Shown here piece by piece: positions 61,362 through 64,000 of a DNA stretch of 64,000 nucleotides. Source of the stretch: Cenococcum geophilum (lineage: Eukaryota); the NCBI GenBank assembly GCA_050273025.1, contig CP158635.1:26412001-26476000 (forward strand), read 5' to 3'. A program made the position numbers and the translations under genes. The notes under the pieces were generated by a model that had not been told where the DNA came from, made no database searches, and saw only the letters and a program-made list of their open reading frames with translations. Within the stretch, counting starts at the first letter, position 1. Each line of letters begins with the position of its first letter.

Positions 61362-64000
61362 TATAGGAGGGTACAACCTCTCTAAGATAGGAAAGTCACA
61401 GTGCTGTTAGTCAGTCTGTTGGTCGGTCTGTCAGTTAGTCACAATTAGTTAGAATTAAGCAGTAAGAAGAGAAAGAAAAGAGTGTATTTAAGGAAAGTTG
61501 TGTGTCTATTAGTGTCGCCTAAGTTATTAAAGACTTTAAGGGCTCTAGACCAATCTATATAACTTATAGAAGGCCTAAGCTCTCCTAAAGCTATGCCTAA
61601 TCTAGATATTAAATCTAGGGGCTAAATCATACTACCATATACCTCCCCCACCTAAGTCGTTATCCCCTAATAACTTCCAAAACTCTAAAACTCCTTATCT
61701 TCGAAATAAAGGCGCGGTAGGTAATTGTATACGTTTCTTACCCTTACTATAAACTTAAGATAGTAAACAAGGAGACTCCGTTCTGGTTAAATGAGACTAT
61801 TCTCATCTACTTGGCTAAGCAGTAAGAGAGACCTTAGACTGGCGGCTCTTAGATAATATAGCTCTTTCGCGCCCTTCTATTTACTTAGTTCTGTTCTATA
61901 ATTCTTTAGGCAACTCCATATAACTCTATCCTTCTATAATAACCAGGGGCACTCTACTTAGATTTACCGTAATAGCTAAAGGATCAATTCTATTATTAAT
62001 GCAGTAGAAGTAAGAGCGGCTATTAAAGCGTTCCATCTTAGTTACACGCATCAGCCTAAACGTATCTTTATAATTCTTAATAGCCCTAAGACAGTAGAAA
62101 TGCATCTATTTCCCAACTTCGTTCTTATTACTATTAAGAAGAAGGTTATAATCTTAAATTACCGCTAAAGAATCCCATTATCGTTTACCGAGAAGGGCGT
62201 CGGATAGAGCGCTAGCAGCTATAAGCTTAACTGCTACAGGGAAGCGATATGGAATCGCGCCGTAGAGATTAGCATATCCAGACGGCGTACAGGGCGGCGC
62301 TCTTAAGTCTTAGTGCGCATCTACCAACTCTGCCTAAGTACCTCCTTTAGTAACCTTAAGGTTATTATAATTGTCCTAAATACCAATGAACTATAGTAGT
62401 ATTATTCGCCGGGTTCCAGTTAAAGGTCCTTTCGCTCTATAAGGAAGGTAAGGCATAGTTATACGTATATCTTCTTTCTTATATAGCTAAGCTACCTAGT
62501 CGGTTATATACTTTTCTACATCTTTAGTAGTCTAGTTTTGGTTAGAGATCTTATAAACAAATCCGTCGCCCTTAGTTAATCCTCGCGCCTTAAGATCCTC
62601 CCACTATAATTCTAGGTAGTAATGTATACTAGGTAAGATAATTATGCAGTTATCCTTAGTCTTATTATCTAGAGAAACGCTCCCTTAGATTATATCGGCA
62701 CCGCATTTACTTTTAAAGAGTAAGGGAATATTAACGTTAATATAACGGAAAGCTGTAGAGTCTCCTTTAACCGCGAATTTTGTATAATAAGGGTAGGAAA
62801 TAAGTCGCCACCAGCTGTTAGGCCTAAGAGCGTAATAAAGACGATAATACTAAGGGTCTTATTTTATTAGCTATTAGTAGAGACCGTAGACTATTATTCT
62901 TAACTAGCTATAATTTGGCCGCCTATTAATTAGACGCTAATAGTGGCGGTATATATATATTTCCTTATTAATTATCGCTAAGATATTAAAATCCCACCAT
63001 TATCTAAATATATTTAAAATTATAGATCCTTCTTACTGCTACACTTCTTAGTCTTCTGGTAATATTATCTAATTAAGTAAAGCCTTTCTATTGTATAAAA
63101 ACCTTAGTGCTAAGTTATAAATAAACTTATACGGTCTTAAGGAATCGGATAAAACTGGAGGTCTATAAGCTTTTCTAAACTAAGAGTATGTGGTGGGATT
63201 GGTCTTTATAGTGCTAAGGTGGTTATAAGCATAATATATTAAACGGAGTCTGTAATATAGTGCGGTATAGTTTAGACCCTTTATTGCTAAACCTATGCGT
63301 CCTCCTATAGCTTGCGTATACATCTAATAAACCTTATATATCTCTAGATTAGAACTAGCTGCCCTATACTAACTACGTAAGAGCTTTATAACCTTAATTG
63401 GTTTAATTTTAGTAGTTTGGTTTAGGGACGCCTTAAGATAAGCGGGTACGTCATCCTTGTAGTTATACCCTCGTTTTATACGGAGTACCGCTACAGTATC
63501 TATAGCCTCCTCAATATACTCCTTATTATCTCCCGGCTTAATAACGTTCTTATTAAACATTAATGCCACCCCTAGCCCTCCTACTTCTAGGTAAGCAATC
63601 ATTAGCCCTTTTCTTAGATTCCTCCTTAACGAAGATACTAGCAGCTACGGAAGCAAGCCAACAGGCGTTTCAGCCATAAAAATGCTCTCGTTTATAAATA
63701 ATAATAGCGAGTTAACTAATATAGGTAATCCTTATTGGGACGGGCTTAGTATAATACTAACGCCTCTTCCTTAAATAGGTGTTAATAGCTAAAAAGCTAA
63801 GGGATTTATTATATTAGAAGTATGTTATAAATATATTCGCAGTATAAGAGCTAAGCTCTCTCCTACTTGTCTAATTCCGACATTAGTAACCTCTAGTCCC
63901 ATAGTAGTTAGTCTCCTACTTCTTAGTAGTAGGTCCTTATTTAGAATAAGGAAACTAGTTAAGTGTCTTCCTAAGCTATAATTATTTACCACCTAGTCTA
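61362..64000 (-). mobile_element. LTR retroelement D inserted into Gypsy C; 3' LTR ~61362-61639, PPT ~61640-61650; continues beyond the window
   Basis: Gypsy C pol frame stops at ~61361. A 278-bp segment with RIP'd TG..CA-like ends is preceded on the minus strand by tgggggaggta. TATA-like and pyrimidine-rich tract in minus orientation. The second LTR and TSD are outside the window. Confidence 0.65.
61930..63602 (-). pseudogene. RIP'd 2-oxoglutarate/Fe(II) dioxygenase-like (PhyH-like) ORF inside element D; ends approximate
   Basis: The read segments share one frame. WRLISYPYY, FRYINVNIP (de-RIP FRHIDVNIP, HxD at 62744-62736), I*GSVSL, IILPSIH, DIRITMPYLPYRAKGPLTGTRR (de-RIP PHLPHG..R, ~62441-62408) and PSGYANLYGAIPYRFP. 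Confidence 0.7.

Overview
Genomic DNA of a filamentous ascomycete (short GT-AG introns with CTAAC/CTGAC branch sites, a HET gene, and strong RIP-type C>T/G>A decay of repeats). The window has three parts. (1) 1-4.6 kb is a RIP-degraded Copia LTR retrotransposon. (2) 4.6-31.9 kb is a GC-balanced gene island: DUF2278/YukJ-LTD protein, DUF4188-type monooxygenase, acyltransferase-fold pseudogene, HET-domain protein, BTB protein, conserved hypothetical protein, a divergent Hcs1-like helicase / Nth1 pair, and an orphan membrane protein, with several TSD-flanked MITEs. (3) 31.9-64 kb is an AT-rich nest of transposons that can be resolved with TSDs: Helitron > Gypsy B > Copia > (Gypsy A, 420-bp TRIM), plus a TIR/tandem-array element, Gypsy C and LTR element D. 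The most notable observations are an un-RIPped, probably self-priming TRIM with a tRNA-like B box and a candidate A box in its LTR; an LTR element carrying a sense 2OG-Fe(II) dioxygenase-like ORF next to its PPT; and a chromovirus carrying an antisense, intron-containing Zn-cluster-like gene. Coordinates were counted by hand. De-RIPped translations are inferences.
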